This document shows, piece after piece, positions 12,421 to 25,933 of a DNA stretch of 64,000 nucleotides (position 1 is its first letter; each line of letters starts with the position of its first letter). The translations under genes were made by a program, and so were the position numbers. Origin of the DNA: the human T2T-CHM13v2.0 reference genome, Homo sapiens; the NCBI RefSeq assembly GCF_009914755.1, contig NC_060925.1; one strand, written 5' to 3'. The notes beneath the pieces are model-generated. The model ran no database searches. It saw only the letters and a list, made by a program, of their open reading frames with translations, and was not told where the DNA came from.

Positions 12421-15400
12421 TCACCTAATATTTACAAAATGGCTACTATGTACCTGCCATTGTGCTAGACAGGAGATATATTGGCGATAAAGACAGCTCA
12501 TATGGAAAATAGGACTTGTGCATAAATATAATACCAAGTGCACCAGAGAACAGGTGTAAATATGGTGCAGTGGGAGTTAAGAAGCCGTTATTAACGTATT
12601 TTTTAATTCCAATAAGTGGTACAGCAGCCTGTCCCATCGGCCTGTCACAATATAAGCCAGGGTTTTCATCCTGGTTCAGTTTCCCAATACACTATGACAG
12701 GCGTGTAGGGTAGTCTGCACCTGTAAGCTTGATGTCTGCGGCCTTGGCATTCCAATGACATGGCACTTGAGCCAAATTAATATTAGTGTTTTTCCTATAC
12801 CCTTCTAAATTAACTGAGTCTTTGACTTGTGGATGTATATGGAATCTGTTTTTAATTTTATTGCCATAAATAGTTGTAGGATATCCTCTATGCTGGTAGG
12901 TGGGAGATCCAATTTATTTCATTAAAATTTTGAAATCAGAAACTTATAAATGAATCATGAAATGACACTCATATATTTAATTTCATCTTCAGCAACCATT
13001 TTAATTGCTCTTCCTTTATCACTCACTTTCAAGGAAACAACTCAAGTTCTATCACCAGGTGGAAATAATGCCAGCCAAGGTACCAAACAGAGAAATGATG
13101 CAGCAAAGGCATTTGGATTTGATTTTGTCTATAGTTCCCTGTCATCCTGCATCAAAGCCATTTGTTCTCAGACCATCCATTGGGAACAGAAATCTACTAT
13201 CTTAATTTTTATATACTATGATATGTAACCCATTTAAATATAGTTATACTGTAAATATTCGGAGCACCCATAACAGGTATTCTGACATGTAAGACTTTCT
13301 CAGTAGCTCACAGGCAGCAAATTCCTTACCTTTGCTACTGATTGGGGAAACACATCTCCCGCTATTAGTTCCTATTTAAAGAACATTGGTGCTTAAAAAC
13401 AAGGGTCAGAGATTAACTCTCTAATTCCCTAGAAAAGCTTAGGTTACTCGGCTCTCTCTTATCCTTCTTTTATCATCACATTTTAATTATTTATTCAGTA
13501 TCTGTCTTCCAGTTTAAACTAGAAATTTGCACAAGGACCATTTGTCCAATTTGTCACTGCCAAATCTAGCACATTACATTGTGCCTGGTATATTGTGTAG
13601 GCACCCTATAAATAAATAAATAAATGTATGAATTTATTTTTTAAACAATGAGTTCTTACTCTGAGTTCTACATTATGCACCGTTGCCTTCCCAGAACCTA
13701 TGACCCAGAACTTGTCTTCACAATAGTAGATAAGATGTGCGTGAAACTGCAACATAATTTCCTAGAAAAAGATCTGTACCTATCTCCAAGCAAACCCAGA
13801 GAAAGGAGAAACCAAGGAAGGCTAAATGGAGAGGATATTAAGAAATGTTTCGGAAAGGCCTTCTTTTGAACTTAGTCTTGTAATATGAAAAGCAGTACAT
13901 AAGCCAAAGAAAGGGAATTGTAAAGAAAAGAAGAGAAGCTACATCTACACAGATGTACACTGAGAAACAGACCTAGGGGTTTTGTTAGCAGTACATATAA
14001 ATTGTATTTTATGAGAGAGATGCATCTCTGATGACCTCACACATTCCCTGAACAAAACTGGCCAGTGTTTCTGTGACCAGCTAGGGAAAATCCAGTGTAT
14101 AAGTCACTTGGCTGGTTGACTTTGAAGTTTTGCCATTTTTTGACAAATGTTTCATTTGTGAGGATTCACATGATTTCTTATTTTATTCATGAAGTAAGCA
14201 TCTATTCATATTTCCATCTCACATTATTTCCACCATTCAAACTCACATGAAATGTAGCCACCTTGCATACTGGTAGGAAAAATCCTTAAGTTAAAAAAAA
14301 TTCTTTGGTGAGTATAGAAAATATTAAATTTTTATATAGAAAATTTCAGGTCAATTTAGACACTGGATGGATTAATAAGTCAGCAAAAGTTCTGGCTCTG
14401 ACAATTGTGATGCTGAAATGTAATTGAGGCCTCAGTGCTTCTTACACAGGACTACGTGGACTACTTCTCCCACCTTCTACCCAACACTGTAAGCCCTTTG
14501 AAAGCAGAGGCTATTTTGCTCATTTTTAAATTACCACCCCACTGGAAAAAATAACAAGAACAACTTGCATAGTTAGGAGTGAATAGACAGATGCCTGTTG
14601 AGTTAATAAATGCCACCTCCTCCCCTGTCTGACTTGCTTTCAAAACAGAAACTTTATCTCCTACCAAGACACCATTTAGATCTCATTTTGAGCAACTTGG
14701 CAAGAAAACTGAGAAAATTCCCTACCAGTTAAAGAACAGTTGAGCCACCACTGCTAATAACAATATTCTAAGTGATGGTAGGTGCTGAAATCTAATTTTA
14801 TAAGTGCTCTAATTGTTTTCTAATAGCTGCCAAACAATATTCTACATGTCCACATATGGACAAATATCAAGAGTAGACTCAGCTTGAGGGGAAATCAAGG
14901 TTCAGAACCAATTTGGCACTAGTATACAAACAGGGTTAATGGATCTAAAAGGTAGAGAAGGAAGACAGCAGTTTGCTCCCAAACTGGGAGGTCAGCAGTG
15001 TTCTCCAGGAGAGATGGAAATGCAAACTTCCAGAAACCAAAAATCCCATTCAGAGCACTACAAAGTTATGGATTTAACACCTGAGTGAGGGAGGCTCACA
15101 TGGCATCTTTAAGAAGCTCATCTGCTCCCAATCTCTGCCCCAAACCCAGCCTTATACCTACAAGGTTATAGCAGTTCCTCATTTAAGCTATTTTGAATGT
15201 ATGCCAGACAGCACCTCACCTGAACCATGTGTGTTTCATCCATTAGAGTTACACAATATCCAAGGTGACTGTAGGACAACGTGGAGTCTCCATGCTCCAA
15301 TGTGAGCAAAGTTTTCATTTATTAACATCAATTTCCCCAGAAAGTACATACCTGAACTTAGAGGTGAAGTACTACAAGAGTCAGCTGTGGAGACATTGGA

Positions 15401-16249
15401 GGAAATCATAAAGAAGCTCACTCACTTTAAGCATTTACTGTGTCCCAAAGAAGAATAAAATCCTTGTGAAATTTCTGCTTTAGCCAAGGTAGAGTAACAG
15501 ACCAATTTACCCTTCTACCTCAAACAGCTTAAAAATAAGCAAAATATATAAAACAATGACTTGCAAGACACTGGACTTCAGGCGAAGGCAGTGATCCCTA
15601 AAAGGGGAGGTGTGCCCTATGATTGCTCCAGCTTACCTGCTTGAGAGTTTTCAGGCCTGGCATAAGGAGAGCCCAGCTGACTTCCAGCTGCTCATGGGAA
15701 GGTGTTTCACTGAGGCACTCTACTACAAAACTGGCCGAGGGAATTGCCAGGGGAAGCTAAGGTTGATGGGTGCTGCCGCCACCATGCACTGCAGAAGATG
15801 GCAGTGGAGAAGGTGTGAACATGGCAGGAGGCTGGAAAAGAATCCATCTGCATTGCAAGATCTGGGCATTGTGGCAGCCCAGCCAGTTGTACTACATGAG
15901 TCAGATGACAGGAAAGCTGTCTGTGCTACCAGGCACTGGCAGAGTTATATGGCTTGCAAAACCTACACTCTGGGGACACTACATGCACTGCAGGAGCCAC
16001 ACACAAGCCTCTTGTAACTTCAACAACCTAGCACTACGTAAGCCTTGTGCATTGCAAGAGCCTGCATTTGCAAGCAGGCTGGAAGGGTGAAGGAAAACCC
16101 CTTTCTCCTGCAATGTCTCTCTAGCGCCCTCTACTGACAAAACTAAGCATGGTTCCTGCAGGCAAAGAGAAAAATACAATAAAGATCCGTTAATTTTCTC
16201 AGAGCAGTCAGTAAAGGGTGAATTGGAACGGGGAGGCAATGATTGATTT

Positions 16250-17935
16250 TATATAGACATTGACACGGTGATTATAAACCTCATGTGGAAATTCAAAGGG
16301 CCTACCATAGCGAAAACAACTATGAAAAGGAACAAAGTTAGAGGACTAACATTACTTGATTTCAGAACTATCATAAAGCTACTGTAATCAAGACAGTGCA
16401 ATACTGGCTTAAAAAATAGACCAAATAAATCTATAGAACAGAATGAATCGTGAATCCAGAAATTGACTCACACAGGTAAGGGCAATTAGATTTCAACAAA
16501 ATTTTCAAGGTAATTCGGTGGAGAAAGGACAGTCTTCTCAAAAAAATGATGCTGAAACAACTGGATATTCATATCCACACACACACAAAATGAACTGAGA
16601 TCCATACTTGACACTATATACATTGTAAGACTAAAATAGGTGAAAATGGGTAATGAAGCTAAATGTAAACTCAAAGATTTTTTTTTAAACTTCTAGAAGA
16701 AAATATAAGTGAGACAGTTGCAGTGGCTCATGCCTGTAATTCCAGCAGTTCGGGAGGCCAAGGCAGGAGGACTGCTTGAGGCCAGGAGTTTGAGACTACA
16801 GTGAGCTATGCTCACACGACTGCACTCCAGTCTGGGTGACAGAGAAAGATCCTGTCTCAAAAAGGAAAAAGAAAATACAAATGAAACTTTTGTGACCTTC
16901 GGTTTGGCAAAGATTTCTTAAATAAGACACCGAAAGAATGACTGGATTAGATATAACCCATAAAAGAATAAATTGATGAATTAAAAACTTCTGCTCTTCA
17001 AATGTCCTTTTAAGAGAAAGAAAAAACAAAACAAGCCACAGACTGGGCTGCAAATTATATATCTGATAAATGACATTCCCAGAATGTATAAAGAAACCTT
17101 GACATTCAATAAGAGAACAAACAACCCTATTTAAAAACTTGGCAGACAGTTTAAGCAGAGGATAACTGATGACAAGCACATAAAAGATGCTGATGATCCT
17201 TAGCCATTATGGAAATGCAAATTAAAACAACAAGAAGATACCACTACTCACCTATGAGAATGGCTAAGATTAAAATGATCAGTTCTACCAAGTGTTGGTG
17301 AGAATGTGGAAGAACTAAAACCCTCATGCACAGCTGTATTTTCCACTTTAGAAAACAGTTAGGCAGTTTCTTTGAGAGTCTACACCTATTATGTGAGCTA
17401 GTGACTCTCCTCCTGTGTACTTACCAAGAGAAATGACAGGGTATATTCATACTAATACCCGTACACGCGTATTCATTGCACCTTTATTTGTAATAGGCAA
17501 AAACTGGAAAGAAGCCAAATGTTCTTCAGTAGGTGAATGTATTTTTTAAAACTGTGGTATACCCATACACTACACAGCCACAAAAAGAAATGAACTATTA
17601 GTGCACACAACTACATGAACAAGTCTCAAAATAATTATGTGCAGTGAAAGAAACAAAAAATCACACACCTTACAATTCTGTTATATGAAATTCTAGAAAT
17701 TGCAAATGAAGTTATAGTGAAGCATATTAACTCTTGCCTAGGGACAGGGAAAGGAGGCAGTGGGAGAGATTACAAAAAGGGATTGCAAAAAAGCATAAGA
17801 AAACTTTCAGGGATGATGGAAATGTTCATTTTCTTAATTGTATGATGATTTTACATCATATAATCTCATGGAGTTTTACACTGTATATAAGTTCAGTTTA
17901 TTATATATCAATTATATCTTCATAAAGCCTTTTTT
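16250..17935 (+). mobile_element. Old L1 (L1M-type) ORF2 3' end and 3' UTR, interrupted by an Alu monomer
   Basis: Degenerate L1 ORF2 motifs (aacaaagttagaggactaacattacttgatttc, aaagctactgtaatcaagacagtg, ggaaatgcaaattaaaac). Confidence 0.75.
16711..16870 (+). mobile_element. Alu monomer (FAM/FRAM-like)
   Basis: About 160 nt running from an Alu 5' start directly into the right-arm 3' end and A tail. Confidence 0.75.
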
Positions 17936-18377
17936 AAAAAAAAAGAATTGTTTTTCCTTCCACGCTATCATCCCATTGTGTTAACTTATATGACTGAGTT
18001 TACAATTTTGACCAAATAGACAAATTAATGGAATGAAGAACTAGTTAAGTGCAAGGCAAAAACTTTACCTCATGAGTACATAAAACAACATGCTAAAGGC
18101 ATTACTCATGTTACTCGAAGAGCTAAGTAAGACAAGTCCAGGAAATAATGTGATAACATTGTACAATATACTATCTTCAAATATGCTGCCAAAGATTCAG
18201 AAATCAAAGTGAGGGAGAACCACCAGAGTAGAGGATTCTATTCATGAGGTGAAGCTATAGACTTCTACAGAAAGAGAAAAGCTGTACTTTTCTTCTTACA
18301 TTTCAAAACACATAAAACAAAATAGTCACTTTTTAAAATAAGTGCTGACCATTGAGTTCTCAGATAAGTTAGAAATG

Positions 18378-19006
18378 ATACACTGCTGGTGAGAGTGTAA
18401 ATTAATTCAACCATTGTAGAAAATAGTGTGGTGATTCCTCAAAGAACTAAAAACAGAACTACCCTTTGACCCAGAGATCCCATTACCGGTTATATTCCCA
18501 AAGAAATATAAATCATTCTATCATCAAGACACATGCATTGGTATGTTCATTGCAGTACTCTTCACAATAGCTAAGACACAGAGTCAACCTAAACGGCCAT
18601 CAATGATAGACTAGATAAAGAAAATGTGTTACATATACACCATGGAATACTATGCAGCCATAAAAAAAGAATGAGATCATGTCCTTTGCAGGAACATGGA
18701 TGGAACTGGAGGCCATTATCCTTCCCAAACCAACACAGGAACAGAAAAACAAACACCACATGTTCTCACTTATAAGTGGGAGCTGAATAATGAGAACATG
18801 TTGACAGAAAGAGAGGAACAAAAGAAACTAGGGCCTGCTTGAGGGAGGAGGATGGGAGAAGAGAAAAGTTCAGAAAAAAAAAACTGTCAAATACTATGCT
18901 TAGTACCCAGGTGACAAAATAATCTGTACACCAAACCCCCAAGTCACATGTTTACCTATATAACAAACCTGCACATGTACCCCTGAACCTAAAATAGAAG
19001 TTAAAG
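18378..19006 (+). mobile_element. L1PA/L1PB 3' end, 5'-truncated
   Basis: Primate L1 3' sequence (caccatggaatactatgcagccataaaaaa, catgttctcacttataagtgggagctgaa, aacctgcacatgtacccctgaac). Confidence 0.88.
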
Positions 19007-19149
19007 TATTTTTTAATGGAATTGTAAGAGCCTGCCTTTTATCTCTTCTGCTATTTAACATTGCCTCATAAATTGTTTTTCACAGCAGTTTTGATTCAGT
19101 GTATTGACATGGATTTTCTCTCTTTCCTCTCTGTGTTTTGATATGCCAG

Positions 19150-19305
19150 ATGTATCGTTAAGATTACCGGAGAAATGGTGTTGTCATTTCCTGCTGGCAT
19201 CACCAGACACTTTGCCAACAACCCGTCCCCAGCTGCTCTGACTTTTCGGGTGATAAATTTCAGCAGGTTAGAACACGTCCTGCCAAACCCCCAACTTCTC
19301 TGCTG
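19150..19305 (+). CDS. SGIP1: SGIP1 coding exon (K)[51 protein letters not shown](C)
   Basis: Pyrimidine tract then atgccag|A acceptor; donor TG|gtaaat; 156 nt, phase 2 to 2, in frame with its neighbours. Confidence 0.96.
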
Positions 19306-19682
19306 GTAAATATGATTTTGCATAAATTTTTCAGAGATACATGTGGCTTAGTACTTTGTACTTAGATGAGGGATATATCTTAGCAACAGGGTCGCACTAT
19401 AGTGAAATTACCACCACTCAGATATATTTGTAGATTCAAGCACAGAACTTTTACCAGCTATCAAAATTTGTTGTGGGTGGTTGTGTGTGAATGTGTGACT
19501 GCATATGCATATACGTGTTTTAATGGCCAACTATCTCAAGTGGTTAGAGAGACAGGGTAAGAAAATCTGTATCAGCAACAGTTTGTTCATCGTCTGTTTT
19601 ACTCATTATCAACAGACAGTGGATGACAATGGTGGGAAATGAGCCAAATAACAAGAATAAAATCCTTTCATTGTATGAGCAT

Positions 19683-19987
19683 CTTTTTATTTTTATTTTA
19701 TTTTTGAGATAGAGTCTTGCTCTGTTGCCTAGGCTGGAGTGCAGTGGCACCATCTCAGCTCTCTGCAACCTCCGCCTCCTGGGTTCAAGTGGTTCTCCTG
19801 CCTCAGCCTCCCAAGTAGCTGAGATTACAGGCGCTCACCACCACACCTGGCTAATTTTTGTATTTTTAGTAGAGATGGGGTTTCGCCATGTTGGCCAGGC
19901 TGGTCTCAAACTACTGACCTCAAGTGATCTGCCTGCCTTGGCCTCCCAAAGTGCTGGGATTACAGCCATGAGCCACCACGCCTGGCC
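19683..19987 (-). mobile_element. Alu (AluS-like)
   Basis: Full reverse Alu with (ttttta)n tail. Confidence 0.92.
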
Positions 19988-20319
19988 TTCTTTTTAAATC
20001 AATTGTGTGTGTAGGTGTGACTGTGCATGTGCATATGCATAATAAAGACATCAAATTCAGGTTTAATAGTTAATACAATTTCATTGTAATGATCATTGTT
20101 TTGATGGAATTTTACATGTATGACATAAAAGAAACTTATGCAAATATGTTTATATCAATGTAATTTTTCACATTTTCTAACTATTAAACCTGAATTTGAT
20201 GTCTTTATTATGCATATGCACAGTCACACAAACCCACATGCATGCATGCTATTAAAATGATCAATTATACAAGTTAATTATTTGCAGTGAATGAGCTGAA
20301 AGAAGTCTTCTTGACAGCT

Positions 20320-21080
20320 TCTCCATCAAGTCCTGATGTTCATCTACAAACCTCTCTCTGAAGTGGCCACTTTTTTCTTTACTGCCACCTCCCTTGTCCA
20401 AGTGACCACTGTCTTTTCCCCATACCACTGCAATTGCCTTCTCTCCCTGAATCCAATCTTGCCCCTCTCCAATACATTTTAACAGCCAGGTGGTCTTTTG
20501 TGAGTAAATCAGGTCTCCTTTGTTCACAACTCCCTGGTGGCTTCGCATTACACCTGTCCCAGAATCTAAACCTGTTACCATTGCCTTTGAGGCCTTGAGT
20601 TGTTTACCCTTGTCTGCCTCTCCATTCTCATCTCCCACCATCCTGCCTCAGAATCCTTTTAGCTCCAGCCAGACCTGCCAATCTCAGAAACAGGCTGCAT
20701 CCTTTCCCACAACAGGGCTTTGTAGTACTTGTTTCCCCTGCCTCGAATACTGTTTCAACCTTCTTCACCTGACTCCAACTCATCCTTTAGTCTCAGCTCT
20801 ACTCTGCCTCCTGGACTATCCCATTCTCCTCCCCATACCCCCACCAACCAGCCCCAAACTAGTAGCTTGGTGCAAAAGTAATTGCAGTTTCTACCGTTAC
20901 TTTTAAATGACAAAAACCGTAATTCCTTTTGTGCCAACGTAATAAATTCTGTCCCCTTGTTATTCTCTCTAAAGGTACCCTGTTCTTTTCCTTTGTAGCA
21001 CTTACTACAGTTAATAATGACATATCTATTTGTGTTTCTTCATTCATCCATCTCCCCCACAAGACTGTGCAAACCGTGAG
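20320..21080 (+). mobile_element. L2 fragment hosting the MADE1 insertion
   Basis: L2-like motifs (ctgcaattgccttct, aatcaggtctcctttgttcacaactccctggtggctt). Confidence 0.55.
20862..20942. mobile_element. MADE1 (Hsmar1-derived MITE)
   Basis: About 80-nt palindrome tagcttggtgcaaaagtaattgcagttt...aaaaccgtaattccttttgtgccaacgtaa flanked by TA on both sides. Confidence 0.9.
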
Positions 21081-23634
21081 GGAATGGAAAAAGTCTCTTA
21101 ATTCGAATTCTTGCTTCAGTTTCCCTCCATTTTTTGGTTGTGCACGTTGAGCCAGTTTATTTTTCAAGGTTCCTCCATCTGAAATTAGGAATTATGTGCC
21201 AATATCTTGCCAGTTTGTTTGTAAATATGACTGGTGTCATAGTTACAGCTTTTGTTGCATTGCATTTTTAGGCAGTTATGTTGCCAAGTTCTTAGGCATA
21301 TGTGCAAAAGTTGTATACATATATTAACATACTGGTCTTATACATAGAATCAAACATCACTCAAAGTGGTTTTGCTTAACAAAATATTATATAGACCCTT
21401 AAATTATTATTTACAAAAGTAAAAAAAAAAGAAATAAAATATATCCCATTAATTTGGATCTTATGAACTCTACTTGATCACTGTAACAGGGCTGTGATGA
21501 GTGACCCTTTAGTCATCTATAGACTCTTTAGTTTCGTTATGCAGTGCCACTCCACTACCTCAACCACCACAACCATCCCCAGTTTTTTAAAAAGGCATTG
21601 TTGACCAAGCATGATTCTAGATTGCAGTACCAGCCTTTAGTGTCTATCATCAGCCAATTGTTTCCTTAATGTTTACTGAAGAAGACTTCATATGTCACCA
21701 TGGCCCCTGGAGACATTTCAGTTTGCAATCCCTATGACAGGGGCCAAATTGAAATTTACATCTACTTTTTTCTTGTGAAAAAAGTTTGCTTGTAAAAAAT
21801 ATGCGGGAACAATTGTCAACTCAAGTATGAGACTGAAGAATGCTCAAGGCTTCTTGAGCATTTAAGAATTCCATCTCTGTGTAAGCATTTGATTGGCAAA
21901 GCTTTCTTGAATATTTATTAAAGCAGGTTCTCTAAGAAATTATCACAGACCTATGACAGCTTATTTTGCTATTAATCTCAGCAAATGTATTTCTTTAAAA
22001 TAGCATTATATAATTGAGGGTTTCCCAGTTATTCAAATCTACTTAGTACAAATTAATGACATGTTGCTAGATATTAATTCTGAACCTCTATTTTGGCATG
22101 GTGTGAAAGTGTTATTTGTAGAACTGATATGGGCTGGAATCTGGCTATTTCTTATTAGCTGCATGACCTTAAGCAAATTATTTAATTTCACTGACCCTCT
22201 GTTACTCTTACCTCCTGCCTGCTTGTATAGCAACAGCTCTGGGAGCTTGGGTAACTTAGATGCTTTTCAATTTAAAAAAACTCAGATAGCCCTTACCAGC
22301 ATCCCTAGCTCAACTGAAAAGGGGCAAAGTCTTAAGGACCAGGTGTATTTTCCACCCCCTTCCTCCATTTCCAGGGCCAAAGAGCTTTGCCTCATCCTCA
22401 ATAACTTTATATCCAGGGACAGCAAAACCACACTGGTCACACTGAGACTTGGCCACTCTTTCCTAACAGATCAGTGACAGTTTTAAAGCCCTGGTGTTTT
22501 TTACTCAGCTTTCTTGATTTATGAGACTTCTGGAGGCTGAATCATAGCAACTTACTTTTGACCTGTCTTTTCACTTTTTCACTGTATCAGCCTTCTCTCT
22601 TCTCAACCCCTAATTTTCTCTCTTTTTTTTTTTAACAAGTTTGCTCATCTTTAAAAACAAAGACAATAATTCTTCCTTTGCAGGGTAGATTTTAATGAAA
22701 TAGTTTATAATGCCTAGCATATAATAGGTGGTTAAGAAACTGTAACTACTGTTATTGCACTATATAGGATATTCTGAAAGTGAACTGTCAGCAAATGTGT
22801 GTGACAAGTAACTGAATCACTTGTGGCCTCAGCTTCCTCATTATATGGGAAATGAGTTATATGTTTGTACACTCTTGCCTGATTCTTTTTATCATTGAGA
22901 TGAGCATTTGCAAGATAGATTGGGTAAGTGGTCTGTATACAGGCCTCTGAGCAAAGCTAAGACTCTCATAGGGATATAAAACTTCTTAGCTTATAGAGAC
23001 TCTGCTCTTCTTCTGTATTATAACTACCAAAATTATCATTTAAACTCCAGGATCATCTTATAAGTGAAGTGAAATCTTTGATGATTTAAATGCTCATGGA
23101 TGAAATATTATGAATGCTGAAAAGGCAGCATGGTAATTTTAGTATCACTCTTTTCTGCTTAGTTGGTGATAAAGACCATGTTTACATTTGGCCAAATATT
23201 TCACTGGATAATTTCTGAGAAACTACTGGTCAAAGTAATTCAAAAGTAAATAAACGTATTCAGTTCCTTAATTGCCTTAACTGACTAATTTAGACAAAGC
23301 TGGTTTCATAGAAAGGGATATTAAGTTTGAGTTAATAAATAATTCACTCTTTAAAGCTCTCAATTATCATCGCAATTAGTTAATATTACTGAGCACTCAC
23401 TGAGATTGATAGCAACACAGTAGCTCCTCCTCGTGGATATTAATCTACCAACACCATAGCATTCAGAACTGTATTTGTATGAAAACCACACTACTGTTAA
23501 TAGATTCATAATAATCTCTACAAATTGTCAAAAAATGGCTGTACATATCAGACGACAATTTGCTAAGATGCTTCGTGTAGGGTTTATATTTGTTTTAAGA
23601 TGCTACTCAATCATTTTTCTTCCCAAATGAACAG

Positions 23635-23767
23635 TGATAATACACAAAATGATGCCAATACCAAGGAATTCTGGGTAAACATGCCAAATTTGATGACTCA
23701 CCTAAAGAAAGTGTCTGAACAAAAACCCCAGGCTACATATTATAACGTTGACATGCTCAAATATCAG
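23635..23767 (+). CDS. SGIP1: SGIP1 coding exon (C)[44 protein letters not shown]
   Basis: Acceptor aacag|T and donor CAG|gtaagc; 133 nt, phase 2 to 0; lies within ORF 23600..23785. Confidence 0.96.
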
Positions 23768-24393
23768 GTAAGCCTATTTACATGATCGGTATCTCTTCCA
23801 CATGACATATTTGTTTTCTAAAGTACCTACTATTGAATAAAAGTAACTAAAGTAACACTTCTTTTAACAGTATTTAAAAGCTATAACTCATTTTTTTAAA
23901 TGGAAACTTTAAAAGATAACTTGGGGACTACTGACAAAAATATTCATACATATTCTTATTAGTTTAAGCTTACAAGTAAAATATTTTATCACAAAATTAG
24001 AGAAATGTGCCACAAAAAAATGAAGTTGCAAAACATTATACTAATTAAGATTATAAGTTTATATTGATAAACAAGATGATTATAATTTTGTTAAGAACAT
24101 TACTATACTAAAACCTCTTATTTTAAATGATTCAAGGTACACAATCTGCTTTTGTTTTTCTAGTAAGATAGTCCTATGAAAGAATTCTAATAAAATCTAA
24201 CATTAAGAAATAGTTCAATAATAAAGGAATGTTTGATACTTACAATATATGAGAACTTTCTTTTTGTATCTAGAATTGCCCTTATCACAAATTATTATTG
24301 ATATACTAAATAAGCCTAATTCATACCAGGATCCTGATAGTGCCTGAGTCTCTCATTGGTTCCCAGCCACTTGACTGCCTAGATTTTTTTGGT

Positions 24394-24691
24394 TTTTTTT
24401 TTTTTTTTTGAGACAGAGTCTCACCCTATCACCCAGGCTGGAGTGCAGTGGCATAATCTTGGCTCACTGCAACGTCCACCTCCTGTGTTCAAGCGATTCT
24501 CCTGCCTCAGCCTCCTGAGTAGCTAGGAATACAGGCATGCACCACCAAGCCCTGCTAATTTTTTGTATTTTTAATAGAGACGGGATTTCACCCTGTTGGC
24601 TATGCTGGTCTGGAACTCCTGACCTCAGGTGATCCGCCCGCATCAGCCTCCTAAAGTGCTGGGATTACAGGCATGAGCCACCACACCAGCT
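24394..24691 (-). mobile_element. Alu (AluS-like)
   Basis: Reverse Alu; flanks gactgcctagattttt and gactccctagattttt resemble a TSD. Confidence 0.9.
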
Positions 24692-24711
24692 GACTCCCTA
24701 GATTTTTTTAA

Positions 24712-25460
<749 letters not shown>

Positions 25461-25727
25461 GTTTTTAATGCATTATAATTTTTTATTAAATATGTTCAGA
25501 TTATTTTTCTTCAAATGAAGGAAGTTGTACTTTAATAAAAATCAGGACATCTCAAACTTGACTGTATTTCTCAATCAAATGCTGGTTCTGAATTGATGCT
25601 AAAAATAAATATATGTGTATACATATTTAAATAATATAAATATTTATTTATAATATTTACATATACAACCTAGATACATATAAAACCTATACAATCTATA
25701 ACATATAAAATAACACATTATATTCAT

Positions 25728-25808
25728 AAATATAAATATTTATACAAATATTTTAAATATAAATATTTATACAAATATTTTAAATATAAATATTTATACA
25801 AATAGTTT
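25728..25808. repeat. AT-rich tandem repeat, 27-nt unit x3 (aaatataaatatttatacaaatatttt)
   Basis: tatacaaata recurs at 25741, 25768 and 25795. Confidence 0.85.
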
Positions 25809-25933
25809 AAAATATTATATAAAATATGCAAATATATAAATATGATATATGTGAATATAATACGATATATTATATGTGAATATAATATGATATATGTGAA
25901 TATAATATATAATATATGTGAATATATTATATT

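Noticed and set aside
15610-16239. Three overlapping 86-135 aa ORFs
   Set aside because: No recognisable homology or splice context; lies among old L1/LTR-like sequence that I could not classify.
21839-21862. 10-bp hairpin aatgctcaag-gctt-cttgagcatt
   Set aside because: Short, isolated and mid-intron; plausible by chance or as a small template-switch scar.
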